Positions 9,487 to 17,951 of a stretch of 30,156 nt of DNA are shown piece by piece. Numbering within the stretch: position 1 is the stretch's first letter; each line of letters begins with the position of its first letter. The notes under the pieces were generated by a model. The model saw only the letters and a program-made list of their open reading frames with translations. It was not told the DNA's origin and ran no database searches. This stretch comes from a virus (lineage: Duplodnaviria > Heunggongvirae > Uroviricota > Caudoviricetes). The stretch lies in IMG/VR virus record IMGVR_UViG_3300048587_000389, positions 64,001 through 94,156 of that record; one strand, written 5' to 3'. The translations under genes and the position numbers were made by a program.

Positions 9487-10752
9487 ATGATAGGACCAGG
9501 CGTTATTCTCATTTGGCCAGGAACGAACGCGTCAATCCCTTCCGGGTTTGTGCGCGAGACTACTCTAGACGCGCTTTTTGCAAAAGGCGCAGAAAATGGA
9601 GTAGACCCTGATACTACAGGTGGTGCAGCTACTCATACTCACACAAGCCCAACACACACACATAATATAGTAGATCACAACCATACAGGAACTACAACTG
9701 CTACAGGTCGTTATTCAGACAACACAAACGGCACAGCAGATGCTCAGGTTCTGCAGAATGATCACTACCACACATTTAATATAGGTGGCACATCAGGTGG
9801 ACAGCTTAGTGGTACAGTTACATACGGTGCTGTGTCAAATGAACCACCATACAGAAAAGTTATATTCATCAGATCTGTCGGATACAACGCAGTCCCAGAC
9901 GGTGCAGTCGTTTTCTTTGACTCATCAACATTACCATCATGGGCAACATTCTGTGATGGAACAGGCGGCATACCAGATTTTAGAAATAAGTATCTCAAAG
10001 GTGCTGCGGCAGCAGCAGACTCAGACCTTACTACTTCATTTGGCAGTCTAACAAATGTTCATGACATAACACACGGTCACACGGGCGTAACTCATACACA
10101 TAGCGGTACAACAAGCGGAGCAAGTGATAACAACAAGAAAGACAGACAAATTGCTCCTCCAAATGGCAGCGGTGTTTTGTGGCCTCATACTCATTCTATT
10201 ACTTTGAATGGTGGAACACAAAATGTCAATGACTATAGCGGAAGCTTAACAACAACAGAAACTGTAGAGCCAGCATACCGCAAACTTAATGCTGTCATTA
10301 ATAACACAGGCGCAAGAAGATTGACTAAAGGAATTGTATGTCTATGGCTTGGCAACTTGGCAGATATTCCTGTCGGTTGGAGACTAGTTGCTTCAATGGA
10401 AGGCAAACACCTTAAGTGTACTAACACTACATCAGAAGTTGGTAACACTGGTGGAAGTAATACACATACACATGGTTCACAATCACACAGTCACACATCA
10501 AATGGAACGCATACACATCCAAGTGCAAACATTTCTGCACACATTCCATCTGATCGTTTGATTGGTAATGGTACACCTATGGCGAGCCCTTATCAGAACC
10601 ACTCTCTTGCATCATGCTCTTCAGTAGCTGCAACATACAGTTCTGGAAGCACAACAGCAAATAGCTCAAGCAACGAACCAGAATATAGAACAGTAGCATT
10701 TATTGAATTTCAATTCAGTTTAGGTGGAGCACCTATGGGATTAATGCTCTAA
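9487..10752 (+). CDS. tail fibre / receptor-binding protein with three tandem collar plus HxH-needle modules
   Basis: Three modules (aa 1-135, 136-278, 279-421). Each starts with a G-x-hydrophobic..P-x-G/W collar motif, is rich in HxH, and ends in EPxYR. Confidence 0.7.
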   Translation: MIGPGVILIWPGTNASIPSGFVRETTLDALFAKGAENGVDPDTTGGAATHTHTSPTHTHNIVDHNHTGTTTATGRYSDNTNGTADAQVLQNDHYHTFNIGGTSGGQLSGTVTYGAVSNEPPYRKVIFIRSVGYNAVPDGAVVFFDSSTLPSWATFCDGTGGIPDFRNKYLKGAAAAADSDLTTSFGSLTNVHDITHGHTGVTHTHSGTTSGASDNNKKDRQIAPPNGSGVLWPHTHSITLNGGTQNVNDYSGSLTTTETVEPAYRKLNAVINNTGARRLTKGIVCLWLGNLADIPVGWRLVASMEGKHLKCTNTTSEVGNTGGSNTHTHGSQSHSHTSNGTHTHPSANISAHIPSDRLIGNGTPMASPYQNHSLASCSSVAATYSSGSTTANSSSNEPEYRTVAFIEFQFSLGGAPMGLML

Positions 10753-10763
10753 AGGAGATTATT

Positions 10764-11963
10764 ATGATTGGACAACGAGATACTAGATGGGCAAGTCAAT
10801 TGCTCGGACACGGAACAGGCACAATTGGTCAGTATGGTTGTGTCATCACTAGTGTCTGCGACGGATTAAACGAAGCAGGCTACACTGATGAGACTCCATC
10901 AACTGTGAACAACAAACTGAAAAACGTGCCGGGTGCTTTCATCGGAACAACAAAGAACCTTCTAGATTGGAACAAACTAAAAGAGGTATTTACAATTGAC
11001 TATAAAGGGAGTTATAATTACGATACAGTCCCAGCACCGATTGATAAACTTCGCGAATACCTTGACCAAGGTTTGGTCGTAATTTTAAGAGTTAGCGCAA
11101 AGAACATTGGCGGGACTGGAGATCACTTTGTCAGGGCTAAATCAGTTCAAGGCAGTACAGTAATTGTACGAGATCCTTGGTATGCTGAGGAAGCACCTAT
11201 CACAAAAAGATACACGAGTGGCAGCATTGATACTGCACAAGAAATAATTCTCGGTTTCAGAGTGATGAGTATTACTAAGAAGCAAGGAGAGAATATGCAA
11301 GAAGACGAAATGATTGTGAAGAAACAAGTATTCACAGACCTCGTCAACAATTCAAATCAACGCGACACTATCTTTGATGCGTTTAAAGTTGATAGAAAAA
11401 CAGGCACTGCACAACAGGTAGTTGAGATATACACAAAACTCAAAGAAGATAGAGATAATTTAGACAATGCGCTTAAAAAAGCACAAGAAGATGTAAAGGA
11501 ATGGAAAGGTCTTTATGAGACTGAGAAGATTACATCAGATGAGCGCAAAAAGAAATATGATTCATTCCTCGAATATGTATGCAACAAGCTCGGTTCTATT
11601 GTAGACGCCGAAGTTGTGAAAGGAAAAATCGATGAGTTGCTCCGTGTTGAAGGAGAACTCGATACAGCAAAGCGAGTCATGGAAGACATGAAGATTGCGC
11701 ATGCTAAAGAGAAGAAAGATCTTCAACAAGAGGTAGCAGATCTCACTGAGAAAGTAAGATTACAGAAACTTCAAATAGACAAGTTGGAAGTAGACCTCAA
11801 AACTTTGAGTGATAAGATAGATAATAGTAAAGAAGAAGAAGTCAAAAACAACAAGTTGCAGGATATCATAGCCGGTATTTTGCTCTTCTTCGAAAAACTA
11901 GGAGCAAATCGTAGAAATACACAGGCTAAGAAAGAGAGCGAAGATGAAAAGACTAAGTCCTGA
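10764..11963 (+). CDS. endolysin: peptidase C39-like N-terminal domain plus long coiled coil
   Basis: QRDTRW..TIGQYGCVITSV (catalytic Cys) and DHFV (His); heptad-rich charged C-terminal half; RBS aaggag; adjacent to a holin-like gene. Confidence 0.7.
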   Translation: MIGQRDTRWASQLLGHGTGTIGQYGCVITSVCDGLNEAGYTDETPSTVNNKLKNVPGAFIGTTKNLLDWNKLKEVFTIDYKGSYNYDTVPAPIDKLREYLDQGLVVILRVSAKNIGGTGDHFVRAKSVQGSTVIVRDPWYAEEAPITKRYTSGSIDTAQEIILGFRVMSITKKQGENMQEDEMIVKKQVFTDLVNNSNQRDTIFDAFKVDRKTGTAQQVVEIYTKLKEDRDNLDNALKKAQEDVKEWKGLYETEKITSDERKKKYDSFLEYVCNKLGSIVDAEVVKGKIDELLRVEGELDTAKRVMEDMKIAHAKEKKDLQQEVADLTEKVRLQKLQIDKLEVDLKTLSDKIDNSKEEEVKNNKLQDIIAGILLFFEKLGANRRNTQAKKESEDEKTKS

Positions 11964-11964
11964 A

Positions 11965-12228
11965 ATGCTATCTGCCGTACAAGAGTTTCTTAGAACTCTA
12001 GTTTTGGGTGAGATATTCACATTTCTCGCAGTAATTACAATTATTGCAGCAGGGATTAACAGAGAACTCGGAACATTCGTCATTGAATGGAACGTAGCTC
12101 TCGCAGTATTTGTGGCTGACACTCTTGTCAACCTCAAGACTTCAATCGCCAGTGCAGTTGATAAATATATGCACAAAAGTGGCGTAAAAACTGTTCTTGA
12201 CTTCAAAGGTCTTGATACCTTTAAGTAA
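11965..12228 (+). CDS. holin-like membrane protein
   Basis: Small protein with two hydrophobic segments, last gene before the terminator. An alternative in-frame start at 11944 adds MKRLSPE. Confidence 0.55.
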   Translation: MLSAVQEFLRTLVLGEIFTFLAVITIIAAGINRELGTFVIEWNVALAVFVADTLVNLKTSIASAVDKYMHKSGVKTVLDFKGLDTFK

Positions 12229-12264
12229 AATTGATATAGTTTGATTCCAAAAGATCCAGTTTAC

Positions 12265-12311
12265 ATCCTCCTTGTATTAGTATTCAATGACTAGTATAAG
12301 GAGGATTTTTT
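12265..12311 (+). terminator. intrinsic terminator ending the structural/lysis unit
   Basis: 17-bp stem atcctccttgtattagt / actagtataaggaggat (two G-U pairs), 8-nt loop, followed by a T run (12306-12311). Confidence 0.8.
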
Positions 12312-12358
12312 ATTCAGCAAACAATTATTAAAAACAGCCTGAATAAAGAACCAAAAAT

Positions 12359-12640
12359 ATGACAAACCCAATCAAGGGCTTCAACAAAGGAAAGGCAGTA
12401 AAATATACTGTCATCTTCCTGATCGTGGTCGCTCTACTTGCCCTGACCACGGTTAAAGTCGCAGGATTTTATAATAAGGTCAAATCTGCGTGGCCAGCAA
12501 TTGTATTTGCGTACAATAATCCAGAAATTGTGGATCCTGTACGAGATCAATACGATCTAGAGTATAATGCTCTCAAAGATTCAATTGTGAAACGACAGTC
12601 TATGATTCAGACTGGGGAGACAGAAAGCCCAAAAGAATAG
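12359..12640 (+). CDS. small single-pass membrane protein; probable N-terminal part of a frameshift fusion
   Basis: Hydrophobic stretch YTVIFLIVVALLALTTV after basic residues; ends in C CCA AAA GAA TAG. Confidence 0.7.
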   Translation: MTNPIKGFNKGKAVKYTVIFLIVVALLALTTVKVAGFYNKVKSAWPAIVFAYNNPEIVDPVRDQYDLEYNALKDSIVKRQSMIQTGETESPKE

Positions 12641-13110
12641 AGTCTGTCCTTGCCCCAAGCGCAGACCTTACGACTAAAGTAGGGGCCCCGAATGATAAGC
12701 TATATGATCAAGTGGTACTCGAAAGAGAGCTCAAAGGCACACCACTAGACGGACAAGCAGAACATTTTGTGGCAGCAGGTAAGAAATATGGAGTAGATGC
12801 ACTGTTTTTGGCTTCTATCCAGTTTCACGAAAGCCGATACTGTGGATCATACAGTAAAGATACCAACGATAAACGACACAACTGTGCTGGTATCATGGCT
12901 TGGAACAACGGTGAGAGATACATAAAGGAGTACGATTCATACGAGGCATTCATATATGATCATGCTCGTATAATCAAAGCAGTCTACCTTGATGATGGCA
13001 GAGAAACGATCCATGAGATCTGGGAACGGTATGCTCCATCTAACGAGAACATGAATAGCTCATGGGGTCCGGCGGTAGCTAAAAAGTATTTACAACTCAG
13101 ATCAAAATAA
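12628..13110 (+). CDS. glucosaminidase (GH73/PF01832-like) peptidoglycan hydrolase domain, probably reached by -1 frameshift
   Basis: YGVDALFLASIQFHES (catalytic Glu), HNCAGI, YDSYE and IWERYAP motifs. The frame is open from 12628; the GTG at 12712 has no RBS. Confidence 0.65.
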   Translation, partial: PKRIESVLAPSADLTTKVGAPNDKLYDQVVLERELKGTPLDGQAEHFVAAGKKYGVDALFLASIQFHESRYCGSYSKDTNDKRHNCAGIMAWNNGERYIKEYDSYEAFIYDHARIIKAVYLDDGRETIHEIWERYAPSNENMNSSWGPAVAKKYLQLRSK

Positions 13111-13120
13111 AGGAGGCAAA

Positions 13121-13315
13121 ATGCCACGAAAATACACGCAAATCGACTTCAACAAAATTGCTAATTTGCCTGAAGCATCATTCGGAGTGGACCTCTCTGA
13201 TGTGGACGAGGAGAATTTGGCTATTCAAGATTTCGAAGAAAATGATACAATGAGATTACAACGTGAAATTGAGGAAAACCTCGATCATAACGGATACATT
13301 AGAGTAGCTCAATAA
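13121..13315 (+). CDS. hypothetical acidic protein (64 aa)
   Basis: Strong RBS aaggagg before the ATG. Confidence 0.65.
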   Translation: MPRKYTQIDFNKIANLPEASFGVDLSDVDEENLAIQDFEENDTMRLQREIEENLDHNGYIRVAQ

Positions 13316-13329
13316 AGTAAAGGAACACT

Positions 13330-13755
13330 ATGCGAACCATACAAGTAATTATACAGCCGGTCCCTCAGATAGCCCAAGAAAGACCTGCAGTTGAAGAGAA
13401 GGTAGATACACCATACGTAAGCAGAGAAGCCTTCAAATTGTTTACAGATGAACTGAAGGAATCTATAGCATCATTCGTCCAAGGGATGAAGATCTTAAAT
13501 GCAAATCAAGTCGAGATGGCAAAGGGCATGGAAGCAGTTAACAGAAATGTTACACAACTCCAGAAAACTCTTGATGAGATCAACGAGTGTGACTGTGAAA
13601 ATTGTGAATGTGATTGCTGTTGTGAAGTAGAAGAACAACCTGCTTTACCAGCAATGACTCCACAACAGGAAGTGGTCAACCTGATTCAAAATGACCCATT
13701 CTTCAAATCATTCTTTGGCTTTGTCAATGAATTAGAGAAGACTCAAATCAAGTAA
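13330..13755 (+). CDS. hypothetical protein with coiled coil and Cys/acid-rich motif
   Basis: RBS aagga; contains ECDCENCECDCCCE. Confidence 0.65.
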   Translation: MRTIQVIIQPVPQIAQERPAVEEKVDTPYVSREAFKLFTDELKESIASFVQGMKILNANQVEMAKGMEAVNRNVTQLQKTLDEINECDCENCECDCCCEVEEQPALPAMTPQQEVVNLIQNDPFFKSFFGFVNELEKTQIK

Positions 13756-13757
13756 TT

Positions 13758-13791
13758 TGATGCTGAGGCCAGTTAAGCTGGCTTCTCATCA
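13758..13791 (+). terminator. hairpin before the helicase (possible weak terminator or processing site)
   Basis: gaggccag-ttaag-ctggcttc stem extended by tgatg/catca; no clear U-tract. Confidence 0.4.
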
Positions 13792-13823
13792 GGTTATTTG
13801 TAGGAACTAAATTAAGGAGCTGC

Positions 13824-15137
13824 ATGTCTGTCGAACTCAATACTTCTGAAGCGCAATTTCTCCATAAGATACTCATTGAGGCGAATCTTCAAAAGTATTT
13901 TGATGCGCAAACAAGAGGAATCACTCTTGAATCGTTTACAGAGAATATACCAAGACAAGTTTGGGAGTTTATCCAAGCTCACGTTGATCGGTATCACACA
14001 CTTCCAGCATTATCCACAGTACAGCAACAAATCCCAGAGTTTACACCAGGCAGAGTAGATGATCGTTTCGAGTTCTATCGAGACAAAGTCATTAGCTCAC
14101 ATCAAAGAAATGTCATTGCTGGATTTACACAAGAGTTGGCAACAAAGCTTGGCAGACATGATGACGACATTGTCGAGTTCATCGGAGCAAAATATCAAGA
14201 GTTAGTGCGTGGAGCTCGTATCAGTGACTTTGGTAGCTTTAGAGAAATGCTTGATCGTATCACACAATACAGACAAGCAGTTGCAGCAGGTGAGAGCCCA
14301 ATGGGTATCACAACTGGTATTCCAGAATTAGATGAACACTTCATGGGATATCGCCCAGGAGATTACGGAATCATATCAGGGCGTCCAGGAGAAGGTAAAA
14401 CAACTGTTGCTCTATTTCAAGCATTTAGTGCATTCATGTCAGGTAAGAAAGTCTCATACGTTACTTTGGAAATGCCACGTGAACAGCTTTTTGAGAAGTT
14501 AGATGCTTTGGCAACAGGAATTACTATCAACAAGATCAAGAGAATGAGTCTTACTGAACAAGAACTTGACATCTATCAAAGAAGAGCACAAGAAATTGGA
14601 AGATTAGAACAAGACTTTAGAATACATGACAGAACTGGTGATTGTACTCCAACAACATTAGAAGCAATTCTGACACAAGATGACCCAGATATTCTCTTTG
14701 TCGATCCTATCTACTTGATGAAGACAACAAAAAATGGATGGGAAGGTATCAAAGACAACTCAAACAGAATTAAAGCATTGGCAATGCAATATCGAAAGCC
14801 AATCATCATTCTGTCACAGATTGGACGAAGTGCAGAAGATATGATGCGCAACGGTGAAGAACTTACTGTAGCAGCACTATCATTTTCAGATTCACTCGGC
14901 CAAGATGCTGATCATGCATTTATCCTTACAGGAAATGGTAAGACTCGATATCACAAAGCAAAACGATTCACTTCAGTAAAGTTAAGAGGCGCAAGTCCAA
15001 AAGATATTGCTGTCAAATGGGATCCATCAACAAATCATATAGAATATCTGTGTGAGTATGCACAGCTTCCAACACCTACAGTTCAGGAACAACAAGTAGT
15101 TGCAATGCAAACTGCTACTGGAAACGGATTCGCATAA
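13824..15137 (+). CDS. dnaB: replicative DnaB-like (SF4) helicase
   Basis: ITTGIPELD, Walker A GRPGEGKT, LEM, Walker B LFVD, LSQ and DAD motifs. Confidence 0.92.
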   Translation: MSVELNTSEAQFLHKILIEANLQKYFDAQTRGITLESFTENIPRQVWEFIQAHVDRYHTLPALSTVQQQIPEFTPGRVDDRFEFYRDKVISSHQRNVIAGFTQELATKLGRHDDDIVEFIGAKYQELVRGARISDFGSFREMLDRITQYRQAVAAGESPMGITTGIPELDEHFMGYRPGDYGIISGRPGEGKTTVALFQAFSAFMSGKKVSYVTLEMPREQLFEKLDALATGITINKIKRMSLTEQELDIYQRRAQEIGRLEQDFRIHDRTGDCTPTTLEAILTQDDPDILFVDPIYLMKTTKNGWEGIKDNSNRIKALAMQYRKPIIILSQIGRSAEDMMRNGEELTVAALSFSDSLGQDADHAFILTGNGKTRYHKAKRFTSVKLRGASPKDIAVKWDPSTNHIEYLCEYAQLPTPTVQEQQVVAMQTATGNGFA

Positions 15138-15138
15138 T

Positions 15139-16080
15139 ATGCTCAAAGAATATGAATACGACCAGATCGATAATCTTGACGTCCTTGGAAGTTATGGGAT
15201 TGATTATGTTGTAGTTGGTGGTGACAATGCAATGTTTTGTTGTCCGTTTCATGGAGAGTCAAATCCTTCATGCGGAATGAGTGTCAAAACTGGTCTTTGG
15301 GGCTGCTTTGCCTGCGGTGAGAAGGGAAACATTCTTCAATTCGTTGCAAAGATGGATGGTCTTGAGTTAGTAGAAGCTGAAGATAAGATGCGCAAGATGT
15401 GGATCCAGAAAGCTGATCCAGATTCAATCGAAGAAAAAGTCAGACAAATCTTAGCAAGAAAAGATAAACCAAACAAACCAAGCAATGAGCCAGTACCAGA
15501 GTGGATGCTTAGCCAGTATGTTAAAGATTACACATACATGTATACAAGGGGCTTCACTGAGGAGGTATGTAACCATTTTAACGTTGTTTTCGATCCTAAA
15601 ACAGGCTATCAGGGAATCCCAATCTACGATGAACGAGGAAGATTGATAGGCTTGAGTGGCAGAAACACTAAAAATGAGGAGCCGCGGTATATAGCTCTCA
15701 TCAGATACCAGAAAGCACAAGTTGTTTTCAACCTCGATAAAATTGATAAAACACAACCTGTCATTGTTGTTGAGGGAGAAATAAATTGTATGTCGATGTA
15801 TCAACACGGATACACAAATACAGTAGCAGTTTTAGGCGCATCAATAGCTAACGACCAGATCGAGATATTAAGAAATGCGCAAATAAAAGAGCTCATCATA
15901 TTCTTTGACACTGATGCAGCAGGCAATCACGGTACAATTAAACTTATTCAGAGCCTGTGGAACTACATGCAAATTAAAGTTGTTGATGATCATGAAGGAG
16001 ATCCAAACACAATGACTAAAGAAGAGGTGGACAGACTCATATCAAACGCTGGTCCATATCAAATTACGGAGATACTATGA
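15139..16080 (+). CDS. dnaG: DNA primase (CHC2 zinc finger plus TOPRIM)
   Basis: CPFHGESNPS..WGCFACG zinc finger; VEGE..; FFDTDAAG. Start at ATG 15139, after the helicase stop. Confidence 0.92.
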   Translation: MLKEYEYDQIDNLDVLGSYGIDYVVVGGDNAMFCCPFHGESNPSCGMSVKTGLWGCFACGEKGNILQFVAKMDGLELVEAEDKMRKMWIQKADPDSIEEKVRQILARKDKPNKPSNEPVPEWMLSQYVKDYTYMYTRGFTEEVCNHFNVVFDPKTGYQGIPIYDERGRLIGLSGRNTKNEEPRYIALIRYQKAQVVFNLDKIDKTQPVIVVEGEINCMSMYQHGYTNTVAVLGASIANDQIEILRNAQIKELIIFFDTDAAGNHGTIKLIQSLWNYMQIKVVDDHEGDPNTMTKEEVDRLISNAGPYQITEIL

Positions 16081-16859
16081 AAACAAAATACCCAATTTTC
16101 ATCCTTAGCAAGGGAAGAGCTGATAAGAATCTCGCAAAGACATTCGGTTTACTGATGCAAGAGCCAGATTATGAGTTCACAATTGTTGTTGAGCCGCAAG
16201 ATCAAGAAGCATACACAAAAATGTTCTTTCCAAACGGGCAAATAAGCATCTTTGTTTTGAAGCAAAATGACATGGGAATTCCTTTTGCAAGACAGAGTCT
16301 GCTCGAATACTGCAGATCAGTCGGTATAGAGAAATACTGGCAGCTAGATGACAACATGACAGCATTTATTGAGCGCAAAGAAGATAAGACTAAAGTGAAA
16401 GTATCTCCTCAATATGCTCTGTCTAAGGTAGAAGAAATAGCAGACTCATACAAAGATATAAAAGTAGCAGGTCTTAACTATGAAGTAACAGCTCATTGGG
16501 CAACTGAACCATATACATTCAACAAGGGAGTATACTGCGCTGTTTTGACTTCAACAGACACCGGCATTGATTATGATCTTGACATCGAAATAGAAGATCT
16601 CAATTTTGTCTTGAAGCATCTCAAGGCTGGTTACAACACTTTGCTCTCAAACAATTATGTTATGGTTAAGCCAAAGACAGGCGCTACTCCAGGCGGCAAC
16701 AGGATGGGATTGTACTCTTCAAAAGAACACTACGAAAATGCTATCAAAATGTTGCATGAGAAGCATCCAGACTGTACTCGCTTTCACACAAGAAAAATTG
16801 GATGGATCGGTATTCGGACTTCATGGAAGAACTTTAAGCGCCAAATAGAAAAATGCTGA
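16077..16859 (+). CDS. GT-A fold DNA glycosyltransferase (T-even beta-glucosyl-HMC-alpha-glucosyltransferase / TET-associated GT-like)
   Basis: IFILSKGRA, GIPFARQ, YWQLDDN, EDLNF..LKAGY and K..TPGG motifs recalled from this family. Confidence 0.72.
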   Translation: MKTKYPIFILSKGRADKNLAKTFGLLMQEPDYEFTIVVEPQDQEAYTKMFFPNGQISIFVLKQNDMGIPFARQSLLEYCRSVGIEKYWQLDDNMTAFIERKEDKTKVKVSPQYALSKVEEIADSYKDIKVAGLNYEVTAHWATEPYTFNKGVYCAVLTSTDTGIDYDLDIEIEDLNFVLKHLKAGYNTLLSNNYVMVKPKTGATPGGNRMGLYSSKEHYENAIKMLHEKHPDCTRFHTRKIGWIGIRTSWKNFKRQIEKC

Positions 16860-16879
16860 TTTATCTTTGAACAATTACG

Positions 16880-16888
16880 TGATATAAT
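16880..16888 (+). promoter_or_regulatory. candidate extended -10 promoter (TG-A-TATAAT)
   Basis: Perfect extended -10 in the intergenic gap upstream of 16908. Confidence 0.45.
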
Positions 16889-16907
16889 AAGACTATCCAA
16901 AGCAAAT

Positions 16908-17933
16908 ATGGAAGAAAATATTGATGTATTCCACACAAAGATTGTTGGTGTTTCGTTTGAACAACGCCAATATGTCATTCAGACAATCGCAAGATTGGAA
17001 GAGTTTGACAAATCAAGAGTAGAACTCTTGCTTGTTCGTGAGCCAAACAACCAATACGATCCTTATGCAATAGCAGTATATGCACGATATGAAGATTCCA
17101 ATTTTCTTACGGAAGTAACTAAGCAAGTCGGTTACATCAAAAAAGACCTAGCACAAAAATTGTCCGAAGATATAGATACAGATTCGCCATACGATTATGT
17201 CATTACAGATTATGACACCACCGGCGGTAAAGGAAAATCACGAGGACTAAACATACAAATAGTACGAAAGGAAAAGACCATGGCAAAATTGTCAGTCAAA
17301 GACTTACTTAAACAACGTGGCGGAGCACGAAAAGACTTCGCAGATGTGTTCATCAAACCATCAGTAGACTTACCTCAACTTACAGTGCGTTTCTTAAAAC
17401 CACTTGAGGAAGCATACATTCAAGGCACTCACTTCATCGATATGCCAGCAGGTTGGCCAAAGCGAAAAGAAGTATTCGAGTGTTTGAAATACCTCAACAT
17501 GGACGATGAGGCTGAATGTCCAGCAGATCAGTTGGATCAACCAGCAGTATACTTCGTCCTACCAGTTATTGACCGAGCAGATGGAAAAGTCAAGCTCTTC
17601 AAGGATACACGAGCAGTGTTCCGTAACTTTGAAACATTCTCTGGTGAACCAGCTTCAGATGCTGAAAAAGCATTTAAGATTGGTGACCTCACAAGAGCAG
17701 ACATTCAAATTATTCAGACCGGTGAGAGAAAGACTAGAAAAGTTATGTGTTTCCCACATGCAGCTTCTATTAGAGATCTCAACGCAGAAGAATTGAAGTT
17801 ACTCGAAACTGCACCAAATCCACGTGATTTCGTATCAGTGAAGACTAAAGACGAGATTCAAGCAATCGTAGATACAGTGATTGCGGCTAAGAACGGTCAA
17901 ACGATAACTGCAAATAGCGGTTTCCAAGACTAA
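16908..17933 (+). CDS. HIRAN domain fused to a probable phage ssDNA-binding protein (gp32-like)
   Basis: HIRAN motifs TKIVGVSF, LVREPNNQYDPYAIAV and VGYI. The C-terminal part begins MAKLSV..FIKP..TVRFLKP and follows an internal RBS-like aagga plus ATG 17280. Confidence 0.6.
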   Translation: MEENIDVFHTKIVGVSFEQRQYVIQTIARLEEFDKSRVELLLVREPNNQYDPYAIAVYARYEDSNFLTEVTKQVGYIKKDLAQKLSEDIDTDSPYDYVITDYDTTGGKGKSRGLNIQIVRKEKTMAKLSVKDLLKQRGGARKDFADVFIKPSVDLPQLTVRFLKPLEEAYIQGTHFIDMPAGWPKRKEVFECLKYLNMDDEAECPADQLDQPAVYFVLPVIDRADGKVKLFKDTRAVFRNFETFSGEPASDAEKAFKIGDLTRADIQIIQTGERKTRKVMCFPHAASIRDLNAEELKLLETAPNPRDFVSVKTKDEIQAIVDTVIAAKNGQTITANSGFQD

Positions 17934-17951
17934 ATTTGAATAAGGAGCAAT

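Noticed and set aside
9487-10752. Diversity-generating retroelement target
   Set aside because: No reverse transcriptase and no near-identical template repeat seen in the window.
12298-12305. Perfect Shine-Dalgarno AAGGAGGA sequestered in a hairpin (riboswitch-like)
   Set aside because: No start codon at a suitable distance downstream; better explained as the terminator stem.
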